From NCBI GenBank assembly GCA_951406725.2, contig OX597822.1, forward strand, positions 35,464,001 through 35,528,000: a stretch of DNA of 64,000 nucleotides, given 5' to 3'. This stretch comes from Octopus vulgaris (taxonomy: Eukaryota). The notes beneath the pieces were generated by a model. That model was not told the origin of the DNA. It was given only the letters and a program-made list of their open reading frames with translations, and did not search any database. Below are positions 1 through 14,269 of the stretch, piece by piece (within the stretch, counting starts at the first letter, position 1; the number at the start of each line of letters is the position of its first letter). The position numbers and the translations under genes are program-made.

Positions 1-9
1 TGATGATGA

Positions 10-40
<31 letters not shown>

Positions 41-43
<3 letters not shown>

Positions 44-381
44 TAAAGAGTTAGCGGTTACAATAACAGACTAAGGGATAAAATATACGTATATAACCCC
101 GGGCATTGGTGTGTAGGCACACTATACACGTAGAATGCAGATAGCAACAGGATAAACAAGAGTTTATCGGGAACAAATGCAAATAATCAGAAAATGGAGA
201 AAACCTCATCGATTGGACTGCATTTATAGTTTTTATTAATATAAAGTATGACATAACAAAATAGGTGACGTAACGTAATACGTCATCTATTTTGTTATAT
301 CATTCTTTGTATTATAAAATAAGCTATAAATGTGGTCCAACCAATGTGTTTGTTAATCTGAGATTTTCTCTATTTTCTGAT

Positions 382-385
<4 letters not shown>
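41..385. mobile_element. Small fold-back element: imperfect palindrome 183-384 plus unique extension 41-182, between (TA)n and (TG)n
   Basis: ataatcagaaaatggagaaaa...aaaataggtgacgta / tacgtcatctattttg...ttttctctattttctgattat, with a 6-nt central loop at 273-278. Confidence 0.55.
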
Positions 386-458
<73 letters not shown>

Positions 459-463
<5 letters not shown>

Positions 464-747
464 AATGGCCCAGTGGTTAGGGCAGCGGTCATAGGATCGC
501 GGCTTCGATTCCCAGACCGGGCATTGTGAGTGTTTATTGAGCGAAAACACCTAAAGCTCCACGAGGCTCCAGCGGGAGGTCGTGGCGATCCCTGCTGTAC
601 TCTATTGCCACAACTTTCTCTCACTCTTTCTTCTGTTGGCCTGCTCGCTTAGCCAGCGGGGTGGCATCATTTGAAGGCTAAAGCAATGCAAAGTGCATTG
701 TGACCAGCGATGAATAACATCTGATAGCCTGGTCGGTCACGGTGATA
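459..747 (+). mobile_element. tRNA-derived SINE (family C head, tail type 1)
   Basis: A-box-like tggcccagtggttagg and B-box-like gcttcgattccc; head shared with 794, 28319 and 55625 copies. Confidence 0.8.
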
Positions 748-753
748 TATATA

Positions 754-793
<40 letters not shown>

Positions 794-794
<1 letters not shown>

Positions 795-1050
795 AGGCGC
801 AATGGCCCAGTGGTTAGGGCAGCGGACTCGCGGTCGGAGGATCGCGGCTTCGATTCCCAGACCGGGCGTTGTGTGTGTTTATTGAGCGAAAACACCTAAA
901 AGCTCCAAGATGCTCCGGCAGGGGGGGGGGCGACCCCTGTTGTACTCTTTCGCCACAACTTCCTCTCCCTCTCTCTTCCTGTTTCTTGAGTAACGCTGGA
1001 GGGAACACAAACGCCACAGAAACCGGGAAACCGGGCCCATGAGACTGGCT
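794..1050 (+). mobile_element. tRNA-derived SINE (family C head, tail type 2)
   Basis: Same head; 3' part gaaaccgggaaaccgggcccatgag...ggctaggctt is shared with the SINE at 24879. Confidence 0.8.
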
Positions 1051-1069
1051 AGGCTTGAAAAGTGGGACG

Positions 1070-1122
<53 letters not shown>

Positions 1123-1468
1123 TAGGGAATAAATCCAAAAATACAGGGGAAAATCAGATTTAGGATTAAATCCAATTTTATAGTATAAATATATTATATT
1201 ATATTATATTAAATTAGAGATAAAACCACTATTAGGCAAATCAAACAATGAAAAACATAAGCCAATACATAAAATTAATTTAATTTATATTATTTTAAAT
1301 ATATATCAAAGGTATTAAAAGTTTAATAAAAGATAAAGAGTAAAAACTACGATCGTTTCATTACTAAACCACGCTAAGATAAGTATTTATATATATTTAA
1401 GATCTTCAAATATTGTATAAGTCTTTGGTGTAATAATATTTTCCTTATGTAAATATCGTTGTTTATGT

Positions 1469-1811
1469 AAAGGGTAAAGACCCCCTTCGGTCATGAATGA
1501 CAATGGGATTGCACCTAGAAAGTTACCCTCCTAGACACAAGTCCGGGCAAGGTTGTTTATGGAAGACCAGCAGTCGCCCATGCATACCAGCCTCCCCTCT
1601 CCACGCCACCAGTGTTATCCAAGGGAAAGACAAAGGTCGATACAGCTTGGCACCAGTGACGTCGCAACTCATTTCTACAGGTGAGTGAACTGGAGCAACG
1701 TGAAATAAAGTGCTTTGCTCAAGAACACAACACGCAGCCCGGTCCGGGATTCGAGCTCACAACCTCACGATCGTAAGCTCGACGCTCTAACCACTGAGCC
1801 ATGCGCCTTCA
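1469..1811 (-). mobile_element. tRNA/CORE-like SINE (family D), left arm of a head-to-head pair
   Basis: Reverse complement of 1860-2209; head ggcgcatggctcagtggttagagcg, CORE-like tgtgttcttgagcaaagcac. Confidence 0.85.
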
Positions 1812-1859
1812 CATAAGAATTTCGCTCGGCGTGCTAACGCTTCTGCCAACTCGCCGACT

Positions 1860-2209
1860 TGAAGGCGCATGGCTCAGTGGTTAGAGCGTTGAACTTTCGA
1901 TCGTGAGGTTGTGAGCTCGAATCCCGGACCGGGCTGCGTGTTGTGTTCTTGAGCAAGGCACTTTATTTCACGTTGCTCCAGTTCACTCAGCCGTAGAAAT
2001 GAGTTGCGACGTCACTGGTGCCAAGCTGTATCGACCTTTGTCTTTCCCTTGGATAACACTGGTGGCGTGGAGAGGAGAGGCTGGTATGCATGGGCGACTG
2101 CTGGTCTTCCATAAAAAACAACCTTGCCCGGACTTGTGTCTAGGAGGGTAACTTTCTAGGTGCAATCCCATGGTCATTCATGACCGACCGAAGGGGGTCT
2201 TTACCCTTT
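1860..2209 (+). mobile_element. tRNA/CORE-like SINE (family D), right arm of a head-to-head pair
   Basis: A box tggctcagtggttag, B box gctcgaatccc; direct repeat ttgtttatgtaa flanks the pair at 1459-1470 and 2208-2219. Confidence 0.85.
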
Positions 2210-3253
2210 GTTTATGTAATGATCTAATTATCGTAATTTTCTATATTATTAGATATTAAATTTAAGTTTATTCGTAAGATACTACTTAGCGATAGATTTG
2301 TTGTTTGATAGCAAGTATATGAGGTGTATAAAGTTAGGCTTTTGTATATACATGTTTTAATAGTATTAATTGTAGTTTTAAATTTCTTATAATTAAATTA
2401 GATAAACTTTGATAAACTTAGATATGTTCCGACTAAAGATTGGTCCAGGCCATGTCTAATTTAATAGCATAACTTAGTTATTGTTTTATTAAATTGACAT
2501 TCGCTAGTTATTCCCATTGATAATTATATTTATAGTATTTATAGTATTTATTCGATACTATATTACTACGAATTGATTATTTCTATAAGTATTTTACATA
2601 AGATTTCCGAAAGTTCGTTTAAGTTTGTTTATTTGTATTTTGAAATTAGCTATTTCATCTTTAAATATGAAAAATTAATTTATTAGGTTTTTATTATATG
2701 TGCATATATATTTATTTATAGAGATTATTTTAGATCTTAATTATAATATTTATATACATTTATATAATTTCATTGATAATTTATATATAATAGTCAATTT
2801 AAATATTTATGTAATTAGATATAGATTAATACCGATATTAGATTATTGGTGGGTTTCCTACCTTATAAATTAAAATTGATATTTAACATTATAGTCGATT
2901 TTGATATAATCATAATTGTTAAGTTTTATGTTTCTAGTTTGATAATAGAGTTTATTAAAAGTAATATTATTATATTATTTATATCTTTAAAATATTGTTT
3001 AAATATTTCTGATTATTTTTTAGATATTTCAATTAACCTGAAGATTGACTGTAACCATAACTCGAATTATTAATTGAATTCAAATTATTGTTATTCGAAT
3101 TGTACAGCCATAAAGTGTTTTACTCTTTATCTTTTATTAAACTTTTAATACCTTTGATATATATTTAAAATAATATAAATTAAATTAATTTTATGTATTG
3201 GCTTATGTTTTTCATTGTTTGATTTGCCTAATAGTGGTTTTATCTCTAATTTA

Positions 3254-3300
<47 letters not shown>

Positions 3301-3305
<5 letters not shown>

Positions 3306-3920
3306 TCAATATAAGGGTAGCAAAATTAATTTTCCTTTGATTTCTGAATTACTACTATTTAGCGGTTTGAGTTTAGCTGCTCGTTTTAGTGAGTTGAATG
3401 GCCTATTAACGCCATTCCTTAATATTATTGTTGAATGTACATTATATAGTCTATTGACTATTTTTCCTTTCTCAGTAGACCGCTGGTGGCGAAAAAATTT
3501 CTATTGAATTTTTTGCTACCCTTATATTGATTAATTAATGATTTTTTGGCTAATTCTGAAATTAAATCAGCAGTTTATATTTGCTGCTGATAAGTTGGCG
3601 CGATGACGGTAGATTTTGAAAATTTAGAGTATATATTCCCAAGGCATCGATGCTGTTGCCTCGTGGAATATTTATTCCTCCTCGCTTCTTTGCCGATGAG
3701 ACGGGCCAGTGGTAGATTGACTTGATTAAATTTAATTTTATTTAATTAGGCTGGTTTACCAAAAAGTACGTCGAAACTATGCATAGTCCAAAGATGATTA
3801 GGGTAAATGTTTTTAATTTTCCTTTGATTTCTGAATTATTACTATTTAGCGGTTTGAGTTTAACTGCTCGTTTTAATAAGTTGAATGGCCTATTAAGGCC
3901 ATCCCTTAATATTAATATTT
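3301..3920 (+). mobile_element. Non-coding retrozyme-like or PLE pLTR element: about 490-nt unit, about 100-nt terminal direct repeat, 25-nt inverted 5' piece
   Basis: Direct repeat 3327-3430 ~ 3816-3918; inverted 3301-3325 vs 3511-3535; (TA)n on both sides; another fragment at 14147-14236 on the opposite strand. Confidence 0.65.
3687..3794 (+). ncRNA. Type I hammerhead ribozyme motif (core variant CCGAUGA, long loop II)
   Basis: Stem I tctttg/caaaga; core ccgatga; stem II gacg/cgtc around about 65 nt; GAAA; palindromic stem III ctatgcatag; GUC cleavage triplet ending at 3788. Confidence 0.7.
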
Positions 3921-4425
3921 ATATATATATATATATAACTTCATTTTGTGGAGGCAATGATAGCAGACACCATTATACCAAAGTATCCTCACGGTGTGAT
4001 CGAAGCTGCGATATGTCTTTGGGAATTGAACCACTTTACCAGATAGCCAATACCTGCTTCCACTATTTCAACCTATTATAGTTACTTTCAACGTTACCGT
4101 TTAGCTTACTGTAGTTCTGCAAAGCATTGCTTTGTTATTACACTGAATTTAATCAGCGACTTAAACTAAAACTAACTACCACAAACATTCTGAGCAGAAA
4201 TTTAGTATACAATTATGAATTCCTAACAGATCACTATTCCATTGAAGTGAAAATCCATTGGCTGACAGCATTAAACTTTTCGTAATGCAAACAGTCTTGT
4301 CATTATAAATCTGAATTATATTTGTAGCGTTCTGTTTGTCTCAAACATAATTAGTAGTTGTTAAAGTGGGTTTCTTTCTTCTGAATCTTTCATTAACTCT
4401 CACTTCCACAGACACACACACTCTC

Positions 4426-4519
<94 letters not shown>

Positions 4520-4522
<3 letters not shown>

Positions 4523-4815
4523 ATTATAGATATAGGGTGAAATATAATTAATTTAATAAAATCAACAAATTTCACCTAGTAGTATTTCGGTATGGAAAAG
4601 GACCATATTCGGTAAAAATTTATATAATTATTATTATTATTATAATAAGGGCTGTTTTGCAACAAGTTGCTTAACCACATACCGAAAATTGAGTTACAAA
4701 TATTGTTGTCTGTGGAGACTTATTTTTGTAGTAAAAGGAAATAGTAGTCTTTTGGCTGCTATTTCTTAAATTTTCACTATGTGGTTAAGCAATTTGTTGC
4801 AAAACCCTTATTATA
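4520..4815. mobile_element. Small fold-back element in (TA)n: arms 4641-4681 and 4778-4814 plus extension
   Basis: ataataaggg..ttttgcaacaagttgcttaaccacata vs tatgtggttaagcaatttgttgcaaaacccttattat; internal hairpin 4738-4765. Confidence 0.55.
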
Positions 4816-5095
4816 TATATATATATATATATTTCTCTTGCTTCTTTCTCATCTTTAGGCATTAAATATAAATATTTCGAAATATATAAGAGAGTATAAA
4901 AAATTAGGCAACTCTTTCTTTTCCTTGATTTGGAATTTTGGTTTTGTAAAGTGAGCTGACATACTCATTATCAAAATGACAATATGTGTGTGTTTGTGTA
5001 TGTGTGTGCGTGTGTGTGCGCGTGTTGAGTGCGCGTGTTGAGTGCGTGTGTCTGTAAATATGTAACAGACTCTTTATAGTAATAGTAACTCTATA

Positions 5096-5117
5096 TATGT
5101 GTGTGTGTGTATGTATG

Positions 5118-5213
<96 letters not shown>

Positions 5214-5288
5214 GTCTATATATATATATAAATACATATATATATATGTGTGTATGCATATATATATGTATATATATATATGTGTATG

Positions 5289-5322
<34 letters not shown>

Positions 5323-5510
5323 ATGTATATATATTTATATATATGTATATATATATATACATACACACATATGTATGCATATATGTATACATATATGCAT
5401 ATATATATATATACATATATGTATATATATATATACATATATATATGTATATACATATATTTGTATGCATGTATGTATGTATACATACACATACACACAC
5501 ACATACACAT
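5096..5510. repeat. Degenerate (TA)n/(TG)n/(CA)n microsatellite
   Basis: Direct inspection. Confidence 0.95.
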
Positions 5511-6388
5511 GAAGATACTAAGGCCATTAATAAACAAATAGTCTGTTACATATTTTTCAGCGAAAATTTCAGAGAAACGTTCAAAAAAAAAATAGAGGCC
5601 AAGGTTTTTTTACTATTGTATTTACAGTAAAGAGGGAGAAAATAAAGCAGCATAATCGCCCACGGAAGCTGTCTCTGCGGACCAGAAGCTCCAGAAACAT
5701 AATTAATATTCAAATAACTTTTCATTTTAACAATTGCAAGTTCTCTAGTAAGTTTGTTCTTAATCTCTGTACGAGTCGTCAGCAAGATAAAATAACAATA
5801 ATTATATTATTTTCTCAGCTGTTGCTGTCCTTATTTCAATCGTCATTATATTTTCCCTTTTCGTTTTCGCTGTCAAGCTTAACTGAAAGTTTCTTTTTGT
5901 ATTTTATCTAGATCGACGCTTTACTGTTCTACATTTAAGTCTCCTGAGATCTTTCCTTTCTTTTTTTACGCGAATATCGTTCGTGTATCCTAATCTAAAC
6001 AATTACCCATAACAGATTATACACGATTAAGCTTATTATACCCCCAACAAAGAATGTATACTCAGTTTAATCCTCTTTCATACTTTACGTAATCGCTGAG
6101 CTATTTAAGGAACCATCGGCAGAATGGTAAGAACGAATATCGCAAATGCTTTGCGATATTCATTCGTGTTCAGAGTTCAAATCCCATCGAGATAAACATT
6201 GTCTTTTATTATTTTTTTTTCATTCGATGGTATAAAGTACCAGCCAAGTACTGTATTGAGGCTGGTGGTATCGAATAATTCTGTTCCTTCAAAGTTACTG
6301 GTCTTGTGCTTAGATTAGAAATTGTTATTATTGCTGTTGCATTTTACTACAAGGGGTTGCTTAGCAATCTATGAAGGAGGAATTCATA

Positions 6389-6800
6389 GGCGCAGGAGTG
6401 GCTGTGTAGTAAATAGCTTGCTTACCAACCGCACGGTTATTGGTTCAGTTCCACTGCGGGGCACCTTGTGCAAGTGTCTTCTAATATAGCCTCGGGCTGA
6501 CTAAAGCCTTGTGAGTGGATTTGATGGACGGAAACTGAAAGAAGCCCGTCGTATATATGTATATAGATATATGTGTGCGTATATGTTTATGTGTCTGTGT
6601 TTGCCCCCCACTCCGACATCGCTTGACAACCGATGCTGGTGTGTTTACGTCCCCGTAACTTAGCGGTTCGGCAAAATAGACCGATAGAATAAGTACTAGG
6701 CTTACAAAGAATAAGTCTTGGGGTCGATTTGCTCGACTAAAGGCGGTGCTCCAGCATGGCTGCAGTTAAATGACTGAAACAAGTAAAAGAGTAAAAGAGA
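6389..6800 (+). mobile_element. tRNA-derived SINE family A, full length
   Basis: ggcgcaggagtggctgtgt... head, internal (TA/TG) tract, (GTAAAAGA)n tail; more than 10 copies in the window. Confidence 0.9.
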
Positions 6801-6829
6801 TTAATGACGAGAAAACTGACAATGTTCTC

Positions 6830-9190
<2,361 letters not shown>

Positions 9191-9364
9191 TGCTTTCACT
9201 CTAAATTAGTTTAGTGTTATAACGTGGTGTCACCACCAATATTTTTAGACACCAATCCTAGAAGAGGACCTCCTCCTCTTGTAACAGATCCTTTCTCACC
9301 AGTGACTACATTGCCCCCAAGGAGAAGATATCAAGATTATGAGCAATTCTGTTACGATATTGGT

Positions 9365-9718
9365 TTCACATTTTGGCACAAGATCATCAAACTCGAGGGA
9401 GGGGGTAAGTCGATTACATCGACTCCAGTGATCAGCTGGTACTTATTTTATAGATCGCTAAAGAATGAAAAGCAGCGTTGACCTCGGCTGAATTTGAACT
9501 CAGAACATAAAGACGGACAGAATGCCACTAAGGCGTAGGAGTGACTGTGTGGTAAGTAGCTTGTTTACGAACCACATGCTTCTAGGTTCACCCCAACTGC
9601 GTAGCACCTTGTTCAAGTGTCTTCTACTATAACCTCGGGCCGACCAAAGCCTTGTGAGTGGATTTGGTAGAAGGAAACTGAAGAGAAACCCGTCGTATAT
9701 ATATATATATATATATGC

Positions 9719-9750
<32 letters not shown>

Positions 9751-10020
9751 TTGTTTGTGTGTATATGCTTGTGTCTGTTTGTCCGCCCAACATTGCTTGA
9801 CAACCGACGCTGGTGTGTTTACGTCCCCGTAACTTAGCGGTTCGGCAAAAGAGACCGATAGAATAAGTGCTAGGCTTACAAAGTATAAGTTCTGGGGTCG
9901 ATTTGCTCAACTAAAGGCGGTGCTCCAGCATGGCCACAGTCAAATGACTGAAACAATAAAAGAGTAAAAAAGAGTAAGCATTTTTTTTGGTGTGTTAACG
10001 ATTCTGCCAGCTGGCCGCCT
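9365..10020 (-). mobile_element. SINE family B interrupted by a family A SINE
   Basis: Family B halves at 9365-9530 and 9977-10020 surround the family A copy. Confidence 0.7.
9532..9976 (+). mobile_element. SINE family A, full length, nested
   Basis: Homologous to 6389-6800. Confidence 0.9.
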
Positions 10021-10290
10021 TTGCTGTGTTACAGTATTAAGAAGTAAATACAAACTTTAATCCACTTATTTCCTATCTCCCTCTCCCTTCTACGAATAGA
10101 CTTTGTAAGTAGCTTAATATGGATAACATAGTGTAGGCATGAGCTGAATATGAGAGGTTTTTGCAAAACCGTTTTTGCACCGCCTATTCGACGTCGTTGG
10201 CTCAACGCTTATTTCGCGTCAGATGCTTTGACCCGGGAGCTATTGACACCATCAAAATGTTGTCTTTTCTAGCTGAATATTCACAAACTT

Positions 10291-10657
10291 AAGCTGGCAA
10301 AATTATTAGCACGGGTGAACTGCTTAGCGGTATTTCGTCTGCCGCTACGTTCTGAGTTCAAATTCCGCCGAGGTCGACTTTGCCTTTCATCCTTTCGGGT
10401 TCGATTAAATAAGTACCAGTTTCGCACTGGGGTCGATGTGATCGACTTAATCCGTTTGTCTGTCCTTGTTTGTCCTCTCTGTGTTTAGCCCCTCGTGGGT
10501 AGTAAAGAAATAGGTATTTCGTCTGTATTTACGTTCTGAGTTCAGGTTTCGCCGAGGTCGACTTTGACTTGCAAAGTACCAGTTGCGTACTGGGGTCGAA
10601 CTAATCGACTGGTCCCTCCCCCAAAATTTAGGGCCTTGTGCCTAGAGTAGAAAGGAA
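10291..10657 (+). mobile_element. SINE family B, dimeric form with a Tx1-like tail segment
   Basis: gctggca...ttagcacg head; ttctgagttcaaattccgccgaggtcgactttg repeated; tail tttgtcctctctgtgtttagcccctcgtgggtagtaaagaaa. Confidence 0.8.
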
Positions 10658-10803
10658 CATTCACAAAGTTGTAATCACAACAACTAAACTGCTCAGCAGC
10701 AAAATTTTGTTCTAGTGTTATAACAATTAGTTATAATATTTGGCCATCAAAATTTAATTTCAACAGCAAAATAGTGCAATGACGCAGAAAATATTCTCAT
10801 TTA

Positions 10804-11030
10804 CTGTTGTGTCTGGGGATAGTCATTTTCTCTTTGTGCCTTATAATGTAACACACTCACCAGTAAAATTTCCACATTTTTCTTATTTTTATTTTCCTAA
10901 AAGTGGAAATTTTACCGGTAAGTGTGTTACATTATAAGGCAGAAAAAGAAAATTACTCTCCCAGACAGAACAGAATATGCTTCAACACACGAACTCATAT
11001 AAAGAATTTTGCAAACCAAATCCAAAAGCG
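10804..11030. mobile_element. Fold-back element (palindrome 10804-10973 plus extension) flanked by 15-bp direct repeats
   Basis: aaatattctcattta at 10789-10803 and 11031-11045; arms tgccttataatgtaacacactcaccagtaaaatttccac / gtggaaattttaccggtaagtgtgttacattataaggca. Confidence 0.7.
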
Positions 11031-11162
11031 AAATATTCTCATTTAGTTTGACCAGAAATAATACTAATTCGTCAAACAATGGAACCCAGTTATAGCTTTC
11101 TAGATTTCAGATTGTCGTTTTGTATTTGAAATTTAAAAAAACGCCATCTTAGTTAACACAAA

Positions 11163-11355
11163 ATACAGTAACCCTCGACTATCGTTGGGTTACGGAAATA
11201 ATTAAAATCTAAAAAAAATATGAACACCTATCGGCCGCAGAAACCTGCGATATACTGAGGGGTCTACGATATAAATTTACATATATTAGCCAGAAAAATC
11301 CGCGATGTACTGAGTGCACAATAGGTGAACTGCCATGTGGCGAGGGGTCACTACA
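11163..11355. mobile_element. Old Tc1/mariner-pogo type MITE
   Basis: TA-cagtaaccctcg ... cgaggggtcacta; imperfect TIRs. Confidence 0.4.
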
Positions 11356-11816
11356 ATGATTGTAGTCTGAAGAAAGTCATCAACAGCCAATGTGAAAAAT
11401 TCGTTTTTAATTTTTTTTTTTCTTTTTCCCTTACGTGCTTTGCTTACCAGCAATTTTCTATTTTTGATTCACAATATGTTATCTAAAGTTTCTTAAAGAA
11501 ATAAGGAAAACAAGATAAAAGCTTTTGATGAGTCATAAACTAGATATACATAGATATATAAGCTGTAGGTACATTTAAAGTACACACACAATCTTAGGTT
11601 GAAATAGTTTTCTTTTAAAGAGAGTTAGAGTCAACAAAGCTGAAGCTTTTTGATGATGAATTCTTATTTAGGCAGCAGGTGTGAGGGAAAAAAAAATTCG
11701 TGACATTCATGGTTATTATAGAGAAATGAACAGAAAATAAATTACTTCAGACGGAAATGTAAACTGAGCTTGTACTTGGTTCTCTGATACTTTACCTATT
11801 ACATAGCAGCACTTTC

Positions 11817-12222
11817 GGATCTTTTCGGTTTGAACGGCAGTTTTTTCTAGAGGTGTCATATGAAATTGTCACACAAAATTCTGACCCTAGTATCGATCTA
11901 TTGCATTTCAATCTGTTTTAGGGTTAGGGTTAGTGGTGGGGGGTAGAGTATCTTTTTTCTTCAGACATGTAAATAAACCCAATCTTTTTCTTAAACGAGG
12001 GACATATTCATACGGCACAGAATGTTTTCACCTCAATAGACGTCATTGATTGGTTGAAATTGCAGAAAAAACAACAAATATCTTACAAACTATAGAATTT
12101 TCTCAATAAAGCCAAGAGAAAAAGATGTTTTATAAACACATTCTACCAGTATACGAAGTTTAAAAGTGTTTAGTTATGTGGAAATTATTTTTAAAAAACT
12201 GCCGGTCAAACCGAAAAGATCC
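11817..12222. mobile_element. MITE with about 30-bp TIRs, 7-8-bp TSD and internal TTAGGG repeats
   Basis: ggatcttttcggtttgaacggcagtttttt / aaaaaactgccggtcaaaccgaaaagatcc; cactttc at 11810-11816 and 12224-12230; ttagggttagggttag near 11918-11933. Confidence 0.8.
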
Positions 12223-12592
12223 TCACTTTCGGTTTGAACTTCATTTCATTCACTTCATTAACCTCTCGGTGGGGCACGAATTCAGAGAAAGATATTCAAT
12301 TGAACTTACGTTTTTATCGACAGTTGATAAATGAATAAACGAAAGTCGACACCGATAATAATTAAAATAAGAAAACGTAAGTTCCATAATATAGTGTAAT
12401 ATTCAACAGGTGGTACTGAGCTTAACTCTTTCTACAATAAGCGAAAAGAGAACTACTCAGTAGAATAGGAACCCGGTTCTAGATGAATTAGAATTAACTC
12501 TGCCATGTGGAGCATCCTGGTTTAAAAAACGTTACTGTCTTTTAATGAATCCTGTAATAGTGATAAAACTAATCGTGAATTCGCAATTTCCT

Positions 12593-12802
12593 TATGTCCA
12601 CGGAGGGATAAAATACGTTTATTTGCATTGTTTAAATATTGCAGAAATACTTAAATTATAGCTATCAAATTGAATTTTCTGATAATACAATATGCGTTAC
12701 ACGTTGATCATTCAATAATTAATAAGCAAATTGCACAGGAATTAACTGTTGTCCAACTTAGACTGTCAATTTATCCAAGTTCTTCCTTGCGTTCGATACA
12801 TA

Positions 12803-12862
<60 letters not shown>

Positions 12863-12960
12863 ACTTGTTTTATTTATATTTCCTGAACGCCATACTAATA
12901 CAATTGTTTGTTTGTTTTCCACCTGCCTTCGTCTTTTGTCTATTTTCATAAAGCTTCCCG

Positions 12961-13002
<42 letters not shown>

Positions 13003-13250
13003 CACAAGGGTACTACATGAGTACCTATATCGCTAATGATAGAAGTCAAAAAATACTTCTGTACCACCGAATAGTCACAAATCTATTACAGACAAGATAG
13101 GAAAAAATATCAGTGAACAATGATAATGTCTTACTCATGTAGTACCCTTGTTTATATATGTACATATCTAATATTGTATGTATATATTTTATTAATTTGT
13201 CTATACGGCTGATAATTCGCTTGCCACTTGTATTTTAATAATACCATCCC

Positions 13251-13318
<68 letters not shown>

Positions 13319-13674
13319 ACGTAAGGAAGAACTCGGATAAATTGACAGTCTACTCTGGATAGTAGTGAATTTCTGAGCAATGGGCTTATTAATTAATAAG
13401 TTATATATATACATAAGCTTATATGAGTTAGAGGTTACGCAACCATCTAAGAGATGATAAATACCCAAATATTACTGGATGTATACCTACGTATTTATAT
13501 CCAAGTGCTTACTATTGCAGGGCAATATAGCAATTGAATAACAGGTATGAGCGTGGGTAAAACAGAAATTTATCCAGAATTTATAAGGAAAATAAGAAAA
13601 TGAATCAACAAATAACAGCTCGTAAACATTCATTTGGATCTTATCCTCACCATTTTCTTATAATATATACACCC

Positions 13675-13707
<33 letters not shown>

Positions 13708-14102
13708 GTATGTAATCTTTTATTTTACATTTACTTGTTTCAGTCACTTCGACAGCGGCGATGCTGGAGCACCGCCTTTGATCGAGCAAATCAACCCCAA
13801 GACTTATTCTTTATAAGCCTTAGTACTTATTATATCCTTATCTTTTGCTGAACCGCTAAGTTACGGGGGCGTAAACGCATCAGCATCAGTTCTCAAGCGA
13901 TGTTGGGGGTAGACAAACACAGACGCACAAACATATACACAGACATACATACATAAGTATATATATATGACAGGCTTCTTTCAGTTTTCGTCTACCAAAT
14001 CCACTTACAAGGCTTTGGTCGGCCCGAGGCTATAGTAGAAGACACTTGCCCATGATGCTATGTAGTGGAACTGAACCCGGGTTCATGTGGTCGGTAAGCA
14101 AG

Positions 14103-14148
<46 letters not shown>

Positions 14149-14234
14149 TCAATTAATCAATATAGGGTAGCAAAAAATTCAATAGAAATTTATCGCCACC
14201 AGCGGTCTAGTGAGAAAGAGAAAATAGTCAAAGG

Positions 14235-14269
<35 letters not shown>

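Larger units (their letters stand above)
1117..3260 (-). mobile_element. Decayed AT-rich Penelope-like element with inverted terminal arms, inserted in (TA)n
   Basis: Arms 1203-1347 and 3117-3260 are reverse complements. The minus strand gives an RT-like remnant (QYFKDINNIII...INFNL*GRKPTN, compare YFRYxDD and YRKPT). A hammerhead half GAAACGATCGTA lies at 1359-1348. Confidence 0.6.

Noticed and set aside
794-865. tRNA-like sequence, also at 1860, 24879, 28640 and 55940
   Set aside because: These are SINE heads continuing into SINE bodies, not stand-alone tRNA genes.
1497-2177. Two near-identical 63-64 aa ORFs on opposite strands
   Set aside because: Chance frames within the inverted SINE pair.
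5074-5630. Many overlapping ORFs rich in IY/YI/HT/CV, here and at 17.6, 21, 27, 35, 38, 40-41, 45 and 48 kb
   Set aside because: Translations of dinucleotide and tetranucleotide microsatellites, not genes.
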